From a virus (lineage: Duplodnaviria > Heunggongvirae > Uroviricota > Caudoviricetes), in the IMG/VR virus record IMGVR_UViG_3300028602_000005, positions 82,137 to 146,136 of that record: a stretch of 64,000 bases of DNA; one strand, 5' to 3'. Position numbers and translations under genes: made by a program. This document shows positions 38,765-48,963 of this stretch, piece by piece (position 1 is the stretch's first letter; every line of letters starts with the position of its first letter). The notes beneath the pieces were generated by a model. It had not been told where the DNA came from. It saw only the letters and a list, made by a program, of their open reading frames with translations, and made no database searches.

Positions 38765-39001
38765 TCATAATACCTCAATCAATTCATTTATTTCTTTTAA
38801 TCTTTTTTGAATAAGTGAAATAGTGAAATCTAATATTTCTTTTGAATCTTTTTCATCAAAATATATAGATATAAAACTACATCTATCACCTGATATTATT
38901 ATATTTGATTTACTTAAAATTTCAGCAATCGATAAAATATTTTTTGATCTATTTCTCATATCCATTAAATTTCTTGCATGTTCAGCTCTATTTATATCCA
39001 T
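38765..39001 (-). CDS. Hypothetical protein
   Basis: ORF track. Confidence 0.5.
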   Translation of the reverse strand: MDINRAEHARNLMDMRNRSKNILSIAEILSKSNIIISGDRCSFISIYFDEKDSKEILDFTISLIQKRLKEINELIEVL

Positions 39002-39002
39002 T

Positions 39003-39440
39003 TTATTTTATCTCCAATATCCAATCTTCTTTTTCTTTATTCCATCTTTTATTATGATCAGAATCCATAAAAAATCCTAAAAATATTTGTTCCAATGAAT
39101 CGAAATTATCCATATAATATTTTTTATTTTCCATACCACAAACATGACAAGCAATAGCCCAAAATGTTCCAAATAAATGTATTCTCTCTTCACTTATTTT
39201 GAAAATTTTCATATAATCTTCAATTCTTGGTAGCCATATCATATAATCTTTATTCGCTTTTGCAGTTTGTACTTCAGAATTTATAATATTAAACCAATAT
39301 GCTCCACCTGGTAGAAATCCATGATGACAATTATCACCTTTTTTAGGTTCCCATAAATCTTGGATTTCTTTAGATTTTGAACACATTAAAACATAATTAT
39401 TTGCTCTTTCATTTATTTTTTCATTTGTTTCTTTAATCAT
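39003..39440 (-). CDS. Hypothetical protein
   Basis: ORF track. Contains IWLPRIED. Confidence 0.55.
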   Translation of the reverse strand: MIKETNEKINERANNYVLMCSKSKEIQDLWEPKKGDNCHHGFLPGGAYWFNIINSEVQTAKANKDYMIWLPRIEDYMKIFKISEERIHLFGTFWAIACHVCGMENKKYYMDNFDSLEQIFLGFFMDSDHNKRWNKEKEDWILEIK

Positions 39441-40074
39441 TTTTCTTTGCCTTTATAATTATATTTTTTTCAGATAAGCATCCTTTATCCAATGTTACTA
39501 ACTTTTTACCTTTACATAAAGATGCCAATTCTATACACCAAAGATTAAATTCACCACCCATTCTTTTTAAAAAATCATCTGAATAAGTAAAACCTGGATT
39601 TATCTGTCCATAACAACAAGGCATCAATATAAGATATTTTGCCTTTGAATTATTATAAATTTCAATAATTTTTTTCGATAAATCACAACAAGGATGTATT
39701 CCAATAATAATTGAATTTTCATCTATTTCATTGATGTTAAATTTATAAATATCTCCGTCATCTTTTTGTCTATATTCGAATTTATTTACTAAGTGCCATC
39801 TTCTTTCTCTTTCTTTTATATCAAAAGCTATTGCCTTTTTTATGGGAAGAAGAAATGCAGATGTTACAGATGTTAAAGCGTTTCCAGCACAAAAATCATA
39901 AATTGTATATTTATTTTTTTCATCATCTAATATTATTTTTCTTAGATGTTGGATTATTGCCATTGTTTCAGTTATTTCTTTTTCAGAATTAAGTATAGGA
40001 AAACATGCGTTTATTATATCACCAGCGGCTTTAAGATATAGAAATTTTTGAATATGTTTACCCATTATAATCAT
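39433..40074 (-). CDS. Class I SAM-dependent methyltransferase-like protein
   Basis: IYDFCAGNAL (motif I), GIHPCCDLS, LMPCC. Confidence 0.75.
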   Translation of the reverse strand: MIIMGKHIQKFLYLKAAGDIINACFPILNSEKEITETMAIIQHLRKIILDDEKNKYTIYDFCAGNALTSVTSAFLLPIKKAIAFDIKERERRWHLVNKFEYRQKDDGDIYKFNINEIDENSIIIGIHPCCDLSKKIIEIYNNSKAKYLILMPCCYGQINPGFTYSDDFLKRMGGEFNLWCIELASLCKGKKLVTLDKGCLSEKNIIIKAKKND

Positions 40075-40546
40075 CCTTCATTGTTAATTCTTTTTCATTT
40101 AAATATGACTTATCAAGATTAATTTTATTTTCTTTAATAAAATCATTAAATTTATCTAAAGAATATTTTCCTACAAGAAAAAATATTTTTTGAGGGTTTT
40201 CATTAAATACGATAGTTATGTTTTTATATTCATAATTAACATGATTAGAATTATAGGGATTGTATATATTTAATATCTTTGAAACTTTAGATAATTTATT
40301 ATTATTTATATTGCCTTCAAATCTTAAAAGATGCACATGTTTTTGATAATTTATAAATTTTAAGTCTAAACCTTCAAATAGTTTAAATTTTTCTATAAGT
40401 TCATCTAATAAATCATCTCTTTTTATATATAAAGCATCTTCTTTATCTTCTAATTTTTGAATATCTCTATCCATTTCAATTCTACGTTTAACTACATTTT
40501 GTAATCTTATTGAAATAAAAAATAAATTAACCAAATATTTAAACAT
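40058..40546 (-). CDS. Hypothetical protein
   Basis: ORF track. Confidence 0.5.
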   Translation of the reverse strand: MFKYLVNLFFISIRLQNVVKRRIEMDRDIQKLEDKEDALYIKRDDLLDELIEKFKLFEGLDLKFINYQKHVHLLRFEGNINNNKLSKVSKILNIYNPYNSNHVNYEYKNITIVFNENPQKIFFLVGKYSLDKFNDFIKENKINLDKSYLNEKELTMKDDYNG

Positions 40547-40595
40547 TTTTAATACCTCGCTTTCTTTTTATATGTAAATGATTTATCTTTTTTAA

Positions 40596-41045
40596 TTATT
40601 TTAATTTTACTTTATTATAGTAATCTAAAAATAATTCTTTATCTTTATCTTTAATATAGATCATTAATTCTTCTTTATAAAATACTATATTATATAATAG
40701 ATAAGTATCTGGTTCTTTTCCAGTATATATTTCAATATGAAACCATTCTGGTATTTGGTTATCAATAAATATTTTTGATATTGAAGCCAGATCTTCATTT
40801 TTTATTGAATTTACTTTTAAATAAAATACATCATTTATAAAGGTAAATGTTTGATTACTAAATATATCTTTATCCATAAAAATCTTATTTAAAATAGAAG
40901 TTACTGTAAATTTTTCTTTTCTTTCATACATTCTTAACCCTTCAAGTTTTACAAAATCTGATTTAATAACGTCTTTTAAAAATTTTAAATTTATAACTTT
41001 ACTTATTAATGTATCCTTTTCTATCATTTTGTTTTTCCTTTCCAT
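40596..41045 (-). CDS. Hypothetical protein
   Basis: ORF track. Confidence 0.5.
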   Translation of the reverse strand: MERKNKMIEKDTLISKVINLKFLKDVIKSDFVKLEGLRMYERKEKFTVTSILNKIFMDKDIFSNQTFTFINDVFYLKVNSIKNEDLASISKIFIDNQIPEWFHIEIYTGKEPDTYLLYNIVFYKEELMIYIKDKDKELFLDYYNKVKLK

Positions 41046-41233
41046 TTAATTTTTAATTCTTCTTTATTTACATCCAAGATTAAGGCATCTTTAATTATGG
41101 TACTATTTATAGTTAATAAAAAAATATCAATATACCAGGGATATAAATCGAAAACTATAATTTCTATTGTTGTATATGCCAAAAAAACAGTTATGATATA
41201 AAATAAAATCTTAACAATTAAATCTACTCTCAT
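41024..41233 (-). CDS. Small 2-TM membrane protein
   Basis: Two hydrophobic stretches. Confidence 0.5.
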   Translation of the reverse strand: MRVDLIVKILFYIITVFLAYTTIEIIVFDLYPWYIDIFLLTINSTIIKDALILDVNKEELKIKWKGKTK

Positions 41234-41268
41234 AATTTTTTCTCCGAATTTATTTATTTGTTTATCAT

Positions 41269-41279
41269 TAATATATATA
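41269..41279 (-). promoter_or_regulatory. TATATATATTA motif
   Basis: Upstream of 41233, divergent from 41349. Confidence 0.55.
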
Positions 41280-41348
41280 ATAAAACTTTATTAAAAACAT
41301 TTACAAAAAAACAAAAGTTATCTAATAATTTTTTTAATTTGTAATTTT

Positions 41349-41360
41349 CTTAGAACAAAA
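41349..41360 (+). promoter_or_regulatory. CTTAGAACAAAA motif
   Basis: Exact 12-mer upstream of 41395. Confidence 0.6.
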
Positions 41361-41394
41361 AATAAAAAGATATTAAAATTTTAAAGGATGTAAA

Positions 41395-43896
41395 ATGGCA
41401 AATAAATATTGGGTTCCATTAGATCACTATGATTCTGTTGAAAATTTACTTGAATTAGTTTGGATTAAACTTAGTCCAAATTCATCATATATGATCTCAT
41501 CTAATTCTATATTTCAACCTACTAAAACATTAGCTAAAAGATTATATTTATCTGATGATGGGGGAAATACTTGGAATCAAATATATCCCGCTGGTGATAT
41601 TGACGTATTTTGGAAAGATGCCGCATTAAGTTCTGATGGTCGATATATCATAGTAATTTCATCTACTTCTGCATATGTCTCTAATGATTTTGGTTCTACT
41701 TGGACTGATACGTCTTTAAGTGGAGATTTTACTAGAGTTGCGTGTAGTTATGACGGTATTTATATGTATGCTGTAAAATCTGAAAAATTAAATAAATCTT
41801 CTAATTATGGAGTTGATTGGGTAGAAGATGAAACTTATCTTAGTGTCTTTTCTGTTTGTTGTAGTTCTAATGGGAGTGTTGTGGCAATAACAAGAAAAAC
41901 GGCAACAGATCAAGTTTGTTTTTCTTTTGATTATGGAGAAAATTGGACGTTTTCTAATGAAATTGCAAATAGAACACCATTTGATCCCTCTATAAGTTGT
42001 GATTCATCAGGAAATAAATTTTTATTTAGTCCTAATCCAACTTCTGGGTCATCATCGACAAATGGATATTTATGGTTAGATAGAGGTGATACAGAATGGA
42101 ATATAATCCCATATATTAGTAAGAAAGTTTTTGCCGATCAAACAGGAAATTGTGTTGCTGTCAGTCCAGATGGTTTAACAATGTTAATTGGAGTAGGATC
42201 GAGAGGAGTATATAGATCTACGGATAGCGGAGTATCTTGGGCTAATTTAGCAAGTTTAACAAATACAAATCAAAATATAATTTCAGTTGTTATAAATTCA
42301 TTAAATATTGAATATTATACATCTATTTTCAGATACGCATATTATATACAAAGTATTTACATCTATAATAGTACGAAAGATAATTCTTCGGGAGTTTTAG
42401 GAGAAATTGGACATTGGGCTTCTTCTAGTGGCGGAACTGATTTTGCAGTTCCTCCAACGGAAAATGATATTATATATTTTGATTCATTAAGTTTTGTAAA
42501 AGATAGTCAAATTTTAGAGGGTGGTATTAGTTGTAATGGTTTCATATGTGATAATCCTACTAATTTTCCAATTTTCGATAATAATGAGGCAATTTCTATT
42601 TATAATGGCGATATGATATTATCTGATAATGTTGTTTATCGTTGTCCTATTCTATTTGGGTCTGGAAATTGTACTATTCAAGGAGGTGGAGAAAATACAG
42701 ACAGCTCACAATTAACAATTACTGTCAGTGATGGATCATTAACTCTTAATTGTAATATAATTTGTAAGAAATTTTCTTTAAGTAATGGAAATTTTGATAC
42801 AAATGGATATAATATTAAAGGAACTGTTTTGGATATAAATGAATACATTGATTTTATATTTCTTAGAAATTCCACATTAGAATTTGATAATATTTACATT
42901 TATGATACTGATAAAATATCATTTGATGTAGGAACTTCTAAAATTATTTGTCATAGCCTTTTTGATGTTGAAATCTTTTCTCCATTGACTAAAGAACCTT
43001 TTGTTGAATTATATGATGTAGAATTTTCTAGATTAGGACTCCCAGATCAAAATTTTAGTTTGAGATCTAATTTAAAATGTCATAATTTAACTATTTCTGA
43101 TATTACTTATGGATCAACTGGACTTAATCTTTATGATATGTCTTTAATATGGATATCTGGAGATTTAGTATTAAGAAATTCAACAATATATGGTAAAACC
43201 TCAACAGGGATTTTAAAATTTATTAAATCTTCTGGCAATAATGTATATGCAACAAATGTAAAATTAATTGATGTCGAAACATCATCAAAAGAAAATATTT
43301 GTTTTCCTATGCTTGGAACAGCTTCTGCGGAATCAACTACTTCTGGTTCAGTAAATTACATATTTGACTATAATTCTTTTTCTTCAGCATGGAGAACTAA
43401 TATTTTACCATGTGTAGTTAAATATGATCTAGGTGAAGGAAATTCAGAAATAGTAAAATTATATACAATAAGATGTGAAGGATCAGGATATTATGTTAAT
43501 TCTTGGACGTTTGAAGGGTCAAATAATGATGAAGATTGGGTTATTTTAGATACTCAGGTAAACCAAATAATATTAGATAATTGGATTAATAAAGGTACAT
43601 ATGAAATTAGTAATTATACACCATATAGATATTATCGTTTTAATTTAACTGAAGGTGGCCCAAATGGATATGTCAGTCTTAGAAATGTAAGTCTTTATAA
43701 AAACTCTGGAGGTGTAAAATTTTATTCTTTATTAACAGATGATAATATAGATGGTGGTGGAAATATAGGATGGCTTTTCGAAGAAAGTAATGTTAATCTT
43801 TTATATAAAGGATCTGCAAATATAGGAAATATTTATCTTGGAACATCACCTGTTTCTAAAATATATAGTGGATCTGATTTATTATGGGAGTTATAA
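41395..43896 (+). CDS. Adhesin/tail-spike-like protein: BNR beta-propeller + beta-helix + F5/8 (discoidin)-like domain
   Basis: Repeated SxDxGxTW boxes, HWASSSGG..PT..D.IYFD, W..EGSN...W..LD..YRYYR, and C-terminal IYLG..VSKIY.G..L.W. Confidence 0.7.
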   Translation: MANKYWVPLDHYDSVENLLELVWIKLSPNSSYMISSNSIFQPTKTLAKRLYLSDDGGNTWNQIYPAGDIDVFWKDAALSSDGRYIIVISSTSAYVSNDFGSTWTDTSLSGDFTRVACSYDGIYMYAVKSEKLNKSSNYGVDWVEDETYLSVFSVCCSSNGSVVAITRKTATDQVCFSFDYGENWTFSNEIANRTPFDPSISCDSSGNKFLFSPNPTSGSSSTNGYLWLDRGDTEWNIIPYISKKVFADQTGNCVAVSPDGLTMLIGVGSRGVYRSTDSGVSWANLASLTNTNQNIISVVINSLNIEYYTSIFRYAYYIQSIYIYNSTKDNSSGVLGEIGHWASSSGGTDFAVPPTENDIIYFDSLSFVKDSQILEGGISCNGFICDNPTNFPIFDNNEAISIYNGDMILSDNVVYRCPILFGSGNCTIQGGGENTDSSQLTITVSDGSLTLNCNIICKKFSLSNGNFDTNGYNIKGTVLDINEYIDFIFLRNSTLEFDNIYIYDTDKISFDVGTSKIICHSLFDVEIFSPLTKEPFVELYDVEFSRLGLPDQNFSLRSNLKCHNLTISDITYGSTGLNLYDMSLIWISGDLVLRNSTIYGKTSTGILKFIKSSGNNVYATNVKLIDVETSSKENICFPMLGTASAESTTSGSVNYIFDYNSFSSAWRTNILPCVVKYDLGEGNSEIVKLYTIRCEGSGYYVNSWTFEGSNNDEDWVILDTQVNQIILDNWINKGTYEISNYTPYRYYRFNLTEGGPNGYVSLRNVSLYKNSGGVKFYSLLTDDNIDGGGNIGWLFEESNVNLLYKGSANIGNIYLGTSPVSKIYSGSDLLWEL

Positions 43897-43929
43897 TTTT
43901 TTTAATTTAATTTTTAAAGGAGATTTGAA

Positions 43930-44181
43930 ATGAAATTTCACGATATAGAAATTATTCCATTACCAACAAAACCTGAATTTTCAGTTGCTTATCATAAAAA
44001 ATTGATATATGTTGAAGACGAAGATAAATTTTATTTTGGTAAATCAGCTGAATTTGTAGATGCTGGATTTAATAATCCCATTGCGTCAACAGCCATAACA
44101 TCAATTGTTTCATTAAGCCAAGCTGAATATGATGCGTTAGGGGAAAAAGTTTCAACAACATTATATATTATTATAGGATAA
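43930..44181 (+). CDS. Small tail-associated protein
   Basis: C-terminal LSQAEYDAL..K..TTLY.I, common in minor tail proteins. Confidence 0.55.
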   Translation: MKFHDIEIIPLPTKPEFSVAYHKKLIYVEDEDKFYFGKSAEFVDAGFNNPIASTAITSIVSLSQAEYDALGEKVSTTLYIIIG

Positions 44182-44189
44182 AATATTTA

Positions 44190-45704
44190 ATGGCAAATAG
44201 ATATTGGGTTGGAAATGGGGGAAGTTGGTCTGATACATCTCATTGGTCTGAAACAAGCGGAGGATCTGGTGGGGTAAGTGCTCCTACAAGTTCTGATGAC
44301 GTTTATTTTGATTCAAATAGTTTTTCTTTAACAGACCAAACAGTAACTTTTCTTTCTGGATCTGTTAAAAGTATTGACTTTTCTGGAGTTACAAATAATC
44401 CTATTATAGATTTTACATCACCTTCAATTTTTAATTACCTTACTATTGAAAGTGGATCTTGTGTGTTTTCTTCAAATATGGTTGTTTCTGGATATCCTTC
44501 AATATTATTTAATAATACATGTACTTTTAATAGTGGTGGAAAAGATTTTTATCGATTGAGATTATATGGAACTTTATTAACATTTTTAAGCGATATTTAT
44601 TCTGAATATATAAATCTTCATTCTGGAAGTTTAGATACAAATGGTTTCGATATAAATTCAATAAATGTAGATATAGATAGTGACTCAACTTCACTAATTT
44701 TGGGAGATTCAATTTGGACAATAAATGAAACATTTCAATTTACAAATCTTCCTTCAGATGAATTTGAAATAATATCAGGTACTTCAAAAATAATTTGTAA
44801 TGGAACATTTAAATCTTACGATCAAACTTTTTATGATTTAGAATTTTCAAATTCTACCACAATATCAATATATTATAATATAACTTGTAATAATTTAAAT
44901 ATAAGTAATTGTGATAATATTGATTTATATGCTTGTAATATTACCGCTAATTCATTTTCTGTAAGTGGATCTGCTGAAAAACAATTGATAATAGAAAATA
45001 AACTAGGAGATTGTTCTTTTATTCAAACATCTGGATCATTAAATTTAAATTATATAACTTTAGTGAATGTGTTTGGTGGAGTTGAAATTTCAAATGATTT
45101 ATGTGTTGGTGGAACTCCAACTGCTGATCCATCTTATCCAGAATATCCAGAATTTGGTCCAGAATATGCTTTTGATGATGATTCAGAAACTTTATGGATT
45201 TCTTTCGAATATTCAAGTTATTTACAATATGATTTCGGTGTAGGAAATGAAAAAATTATAAATAGATATTCTTTGACTTTTTTTTATGATTTCGATGGAT
45301 TTACATTAAATTTTACATTAAGTGGAAGTAATGATGAAGAAAATTGGACTCTTTTAGACTCTCGATTAGATGAATCTTCTGGTTCTCCTTCAATATATAA
45401 TTTTGAAAATTCAACATCTTATAGATTTTACAGATTAAATTTGGAATTAGAAGGAGGAGAAGAAATGACCGGTATAGCTGTTTATGAAATGGAAATGTTT
45501 GAATTTTCTTATTCTGAATCAAATTATAATGCATTATTAACAAATGGAAATATTGATGGTGGTGGAAATATAGGATGGATTTTTGAAGAGGATAGTGATA
45601 TTAAACTTTTATATATGGGGTTAATAAATCTTCAAGGCATTTATTTAGGATCAACATCAATTTCTAAAATATATGTTGGTTCAACATTAATATGGGAAGT
45701 GTAA
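44190..45704 (+). CDS. Paralogous adhesin: beta-helix + F5/8-like domain, no propeller
   Basis: ANRYWVG.GG.WSD..HWS..SGG, GSND..NW..LD..YRFYR, NIDGGGNIGW.F. Confidence 0.7.
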   Translation: MANRYWVGNGGSWSDTSHWSETSGGSGGVSAPTSSDDVYFDSNSFSLTDQTVTFLSGSVKSIDFSGVTNNPIIDFTSPSIFNYLTIESGSCVFSSNMVVSGYPSILFNNTCTFNSGGKDFYRLRLYGTLLTFLSDIYSEYINLHSGSLDTNGFDINSINVDIDSDSTSLILGDSIWTINETFQFTNLPSDEFEIISGTSKIICNGTFKSYDQTFYDLEFSNSTTISIYYNITCNNLNISNCDNIDLYACNITANSFSVSGSAEKQLIIENKLGDCSFIQTSGSLNLNYITLVNVFGGVEISNDLCVGGTPTADPSYPEYPEFGPEYAFDDDSETLWISFEYSSYLQYDFGVGNEKIINRYSLTFFYDFDGFTLNFTLSGSNDEENWTLLDSRLDESSGSPSIYNFENSTSYRFYRLNLELEGGEEMTGIAVYEMEMFEFSYSESNYNALLTNGNIDGGGNIGWIFEEDSDIKLLYMGLINLQGIYLGSTSISKIYVGSTLIWEV

Positions 45705-45747
45705 AAAATTTACAAAAAAAAACAACATCATAAAGACTGTTGTTTTT

Positions 45748-45966
45748 TTACTTATCTTCTATTTCAAAATCTTCTAATTTAGGAAATAGAAATTCTGAAA
45801 TGTAAGAAGATAAGATTTCAAGTTCGCCCAAAGTAATATTTTTTGAACGAACTTTAAGGATTTCTTTGAAGGAATTTAAGCAAACTTCCTCCAACTCATT
45901 TATTCTTTTCAGATTGATCCCCCCTTTCCAGGACTTGATCAATACATTTTCCAGTAGAAAATACAT
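45748..45966 (-). CDS. Hypothetical protein
   Basis: ORF track, start uncertain. Confidence 0.4.
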   Translation of the reverse strand: MYFLLENVLIKSWKGGINLKRINELEEVCLNSFKEILKVRSKNITLGELEILSSYISEFLFPKLEDFEIEDK

Positions 45967-46102
45967 TGATCATATCCTTACTATAAAATCCAATATCTTG
46001 ATTCATTACATCAACCTTTTTGGGGTTGAACTTCTTTGGCGAAGAAACACACCCCATTAAAATACACAAACAAATAACTAATATTATACATATTTTTTTC
46101 AT
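45896..46102 (-). CDS. Putative lipoprotein
   Basis: MKK, hydrophobic stretch, LMGC lipobox. Confidence 0.55.
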   Translation of the reverse strand: MKKICIILVICLCILMGCVSSPKKFNPKKVDVMNQDIGFYSKDMINVFSTGKCIDQVLERGDQSEKNK

Positions 46103-46135
46103 TTTAATCTCCTAAAAATATTTTTATTCATTAAT

Positions 46136-46146
46136 TAATATATATA
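46136..46146 (-). promoter_or_regulatory. TATATATATTA motif
   Basis: Upstream of 46102. Confidence 0.55.
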
Positions 46147-46223
46147 AATATAAAACAAAATTCAGATTTTTTAAACAAAAAAATAGTTTGTATTAAGTAT
46201 AAATACAAACTATTTTTTTATCA

Positions 46224-46688
46224 CTATACTACTGCATTTTTCTGAAAGGACTCTATTATGAACTTAATGAATCCAAACATTTTGGACCCCTTAAGTTCAC
46301 CTTTTACAATATGGTATAAGTCAATTTCTTCGCGACTCATACCAGAAAATATTTTTTCTATGATATCATGAAGTTTTTTATCCTTAATGAATCTGTCATG
46401 ATCTGTTTGAACTAAGATATCAACCATATCCCCCATTTCAAGGAGATGAGTAATCCCTTCATAATCTGTGTGGCTTTTATTTAAAACAAAGCCGTGACAA
46501 TATAACAAATTGAAGAGATAAACAGTTTCATAATCATCACAAAACACATATATATCTATATCAGATTTTGTTTTTAGTAGTCCGGTTCGAACACTACCGG
46601 ATATAAAACAGTTAAATCCTGCATCTGTTATGAATTTAACTATACTTTTCGCAATGATACTCCTCAGATCTTCTTTATTCATCCACAT
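46224..46688 (-). CDS. Pol-beta-type (MNT-like) nucleotidyltransferase
   Basis: GSVRTG....KSDIDI and a third Asp in VDILV. Confidence 0.75.
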   Translation of the reverse strand: MWMNKEDLRSIIAKSIVKFITDAGFNCFISGSVRTGLLKTKSDIDIYVFCDDYETVYLFNLLYCHGFVLNKSHTDYEGITHLLEMGDMVDILVQTDHDRFIKDKKLHDIIEKIFSGMSREEIDLYHIVKGELKGSKMFGFIKFIIESFQKNAVV

Positions 46689-46800
46689 AAAAAACCTCCT
46701 CTGTTTTTTTTTAATTCATTAATTAATATATATACTTAGATTATAAAATTCAGATTTTTTAAACAAAAAATAGTGAACATGATAAATCATATTCACTACT
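46686..46800. repeat. Intergenic terminator-promoter-RBS cassette, copy 1
   Basis: Nearly identical to 47209-47322. Contains a hairpin, TATATATATTA (46724-46734) and GGAGG. Confidence 0.85.
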
Positions 46801-46808
46801 TTATATAC

Positions 46809-47207
46809 CTATGGTTTAAGGGGATTGATTCCATATAATTCAATTAATTCTCTTTCTAAAAGAGAAACCATTTTTTTTATATAATCTTTATCCCCTCCAA
46901 TGTCATCCAAAAAATATCTCATTTGGGACAATATTTTAGTTTTATCAAATGTTATGTAATCTACCAATATTACGTCTGGATAATTTTGTAATTCGAATTT
47001 ATCCGAATCACTATTTTTCCAGTCTTTTGCTACTTCATATTTATTTTCAAATAGCCATTTTTCAATAGTGTTTGACTTATCACTACTTAATGGATCTGAC
47101 CTTATGAAAATGGTCGAATACTTTCCTTCGATGAGATAACTTTTAAGAGTCACCAAGTGACTCAATTCCCTTATGATTACCCTTGATATTTCATTATACA
47201 AATTCAT
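46809..47207 (-). CDS. Hypothetical protein, possibly degenerate NTase paralog
   Basis: Lies between the cassette repeats. No GS/DxD motif. Confidence 0.5.
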   Translation of the reverse strand: MNLYNEISRVIIRELSHLVTLKSYLIEGKYSTIFIRSDPLSSDKSNTIEKWLFENKYEVAKDWKNSDSDKFELQNYPDVILVDYITFDKTKILSQMRYFLDDIGGDKDYIKKMVSLLERELIELYGINPLKP

Positions 47208-47208
47208 A

Positions 47209-47322
47209 TAAAAACCTCCTCTGTTTTTTTATTTCCATTAATTAATATATATACTTAGATTATAAAATTCAGATTTTTTAAACAAAAAAATAGTGAACAT
47301 GATAAATCATATTCACTATTTT
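47209..47322. repeat. Intergenic terminator-promoter-RBS cassette, copy 2
   Basis: See 46686. Motif core at 47243-47253. Confidence 0.85.
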
Positions 47323-47330
47323 TATATGTG

Positions 47331-47804
47331 TTATTTTAGAGTATCATATGCTCTCACAAACTCTTTTAATAGTTTGTATATTGTGGCACCTTTTACACCA
47401 GATTCCTTCATTTTTTGAATCATTTCAATACCCTTAGAGTCCATTTTTGAAATGGTATCTTTAAGATATTTATGAAACTCTTCATCTTCTTTATATTTTT
47501 TCAAATCTCTTTGAACCAGAACATCAATAAGATTTCCTAATTCAAACAAATCTGATGAACTATCAGAATAATCAAATTCTGATCTTTTTATGAAACCATT
47601 TGAAGTTAAAATATGATATAATTGTAGAAATTCATCAATATGACAATAGACAATTATGTCTATGTCTGACTCTTTTCTGGATAAACCTACTGACATACTT
47701 CCGCCAATAAAACATTGATGTTTTGTGGCATAGAAAAATTCACATAGACTGTCAGCAATACGCTTTTTAATCTCAGAATCCAAATTCAACATAAAAACCT
47801 CCAA
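47331..47804 (-). CDS. Pol-beta-type nucleotidyltransferase, paralog
   Basis: GGSMSVG....ESDIDI and IDVLV. Likely start 47792. Confidence 0.75.
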   Translation of the reverse strand: MEVFMLNLDSEIKKRIADSLCEFFYATKHQCFIGGSMSVGLSRKESDIDIIVYCHIDEFLQLYHILTSNGFIKRSEFDYSDSSSDLFELGNLIDVLVQRDLKKYKEDEEFHKYLKDTISKMDSKGIEMIQKMKESGVKGATIYKLLKEFVRAYDTLK

Positions 47805-47821
47805 TGTTTTTTATTAATAAT

Positions 47822-47832
47822 TAATATATATA
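47822..47832 (-). promoter_or_regulatory. TATATATATTA motif
   Basis: Upstream of 47331..47804. Confidence 0.55.
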
Positions 47833-47853
47833 GATAAATGATAAAATTAAGAT

Positions 47854-48352
47854 TTATTTTTTTTCAAAAGAATCAACAAGATTTTCAATAAAAGAAAACA
47901 TATAATCAAATCCAAACATCTTTCTTATTTCAATTATTGATTTCATAGTATCATCATTTGTTTTGTTTAAGAAAGAATTTACTTTTTGATAAGATGTTTT
48001 AAGATCAATATATATTCTTGGAATAATTGATTCTTTATCGTCATCATTTTCTACTAAAATATAAATAAATATTTTTTCCATAAGTACAAGACAATCTGGT
48101 CTTAAAATTTTATTTATATTTCTATTTGGTCCTTGTGAAAATCCATTTTTATATAAAATACTTTTTAATTCATTTTCATCTTCTTTTTTTTATGTAAATT
48201 AGAATATTAATAGCAGTATCTCTAAAATTATAATCTAACCCCAAATCTTCAAGAATTAAAAAATCTAAATTTGCATATGGAATTTCATATTGGAGTCTAT
48301 TAACGATGGATAAAGCAATACTCATTTGTATATCTTTTTTGAAATGAAGCAT
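47854..48352 (-). pseudogene. Frameshifted degenerate NTase-array paralog
   Basis: RBS and ATG at 48352. Removing one base from the T8 run at 48184-48191 joins it to ORF 47854..48081 and aligns with 46224 (SIA.SIV, IL..NGF, ILV). Confidence 0.6.
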
Positions 48353-48374
48353 TTTAAAGATCTCCTTATTATTT

Positions 48375-48917
48375 TTATTTTAAAATTCCTTCTTTTATTA
48401 ACAAATCAATATTCGATTGATTTGCTTCCATTAGAATTAATGCTCCAGCCTTTTTATCGGTTTTATTTAATGTTAAAATATCCTTTATATCATATTGGGG
48501 TATTGTTGATTCACCTTGAGAATCAGGATGTTCATATTCATTAATAACTATTTCATATAGTGTTATTTTATCACCAATTGTTTTGGTAAAATAACAAACA
48601 TGTATTTCATTAATTGGATCTGAATTTATAATTATTTCTTTTGTTTTTACTTTATTTTCTATTTTTATAAATTTATTGACTCTAAGAAAAATTAGAAAAT
48701 ATTCTAAATCTTCTTTATTTTCAAAGGAATGTAAAATACTTTCAAGATCAAAATAATCGTCCCAACTAAAACCCAGAATAGTAAATACTTTTTCTAATAG
48801 TGTGTTCCAAAATCCCATATCAATTTTCAAATCATTTATAATCTGAAGACTAATTGGAGCTAATTGTGTTATTTTTTTATCTTTAAATATAAATACTATT
48901 TTTTCAAAGGGTTCCAT
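48375..48917 (-). CDS. Hypothetical protein
   Basis: ORF track. Confidence 0.55.
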   Translation of the reverse strand: MEPFEKIVFIFKDKKITQLAPISLQIINDLKIDMGFWNTLLEKVFTILGFSWDDYFDLESILHSFENKEDLEYFLIFLRVNKFIKIENKVKTKEIIINSDPINEIHVCYFTKTIGDKITLYEIVINEYEHPDSQGESTIPQYDIKDILTLNKTDKKAGALILMEANQSNIDLLIKEGILK

Positions 48918-48963
48918 TTTAATTCTCCTTAAAAGTAAAATTTTTTATTGATAAACTCTATTT

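Noticed and set aside
46130-47322. Repeated spacers as a CRISPR array or attC sites
   Set aside because: Only 2-3 copies of about 115 bp separated by whole genes. No cas or integrase genes, and the content is explained by terminator, promoter and RBS.
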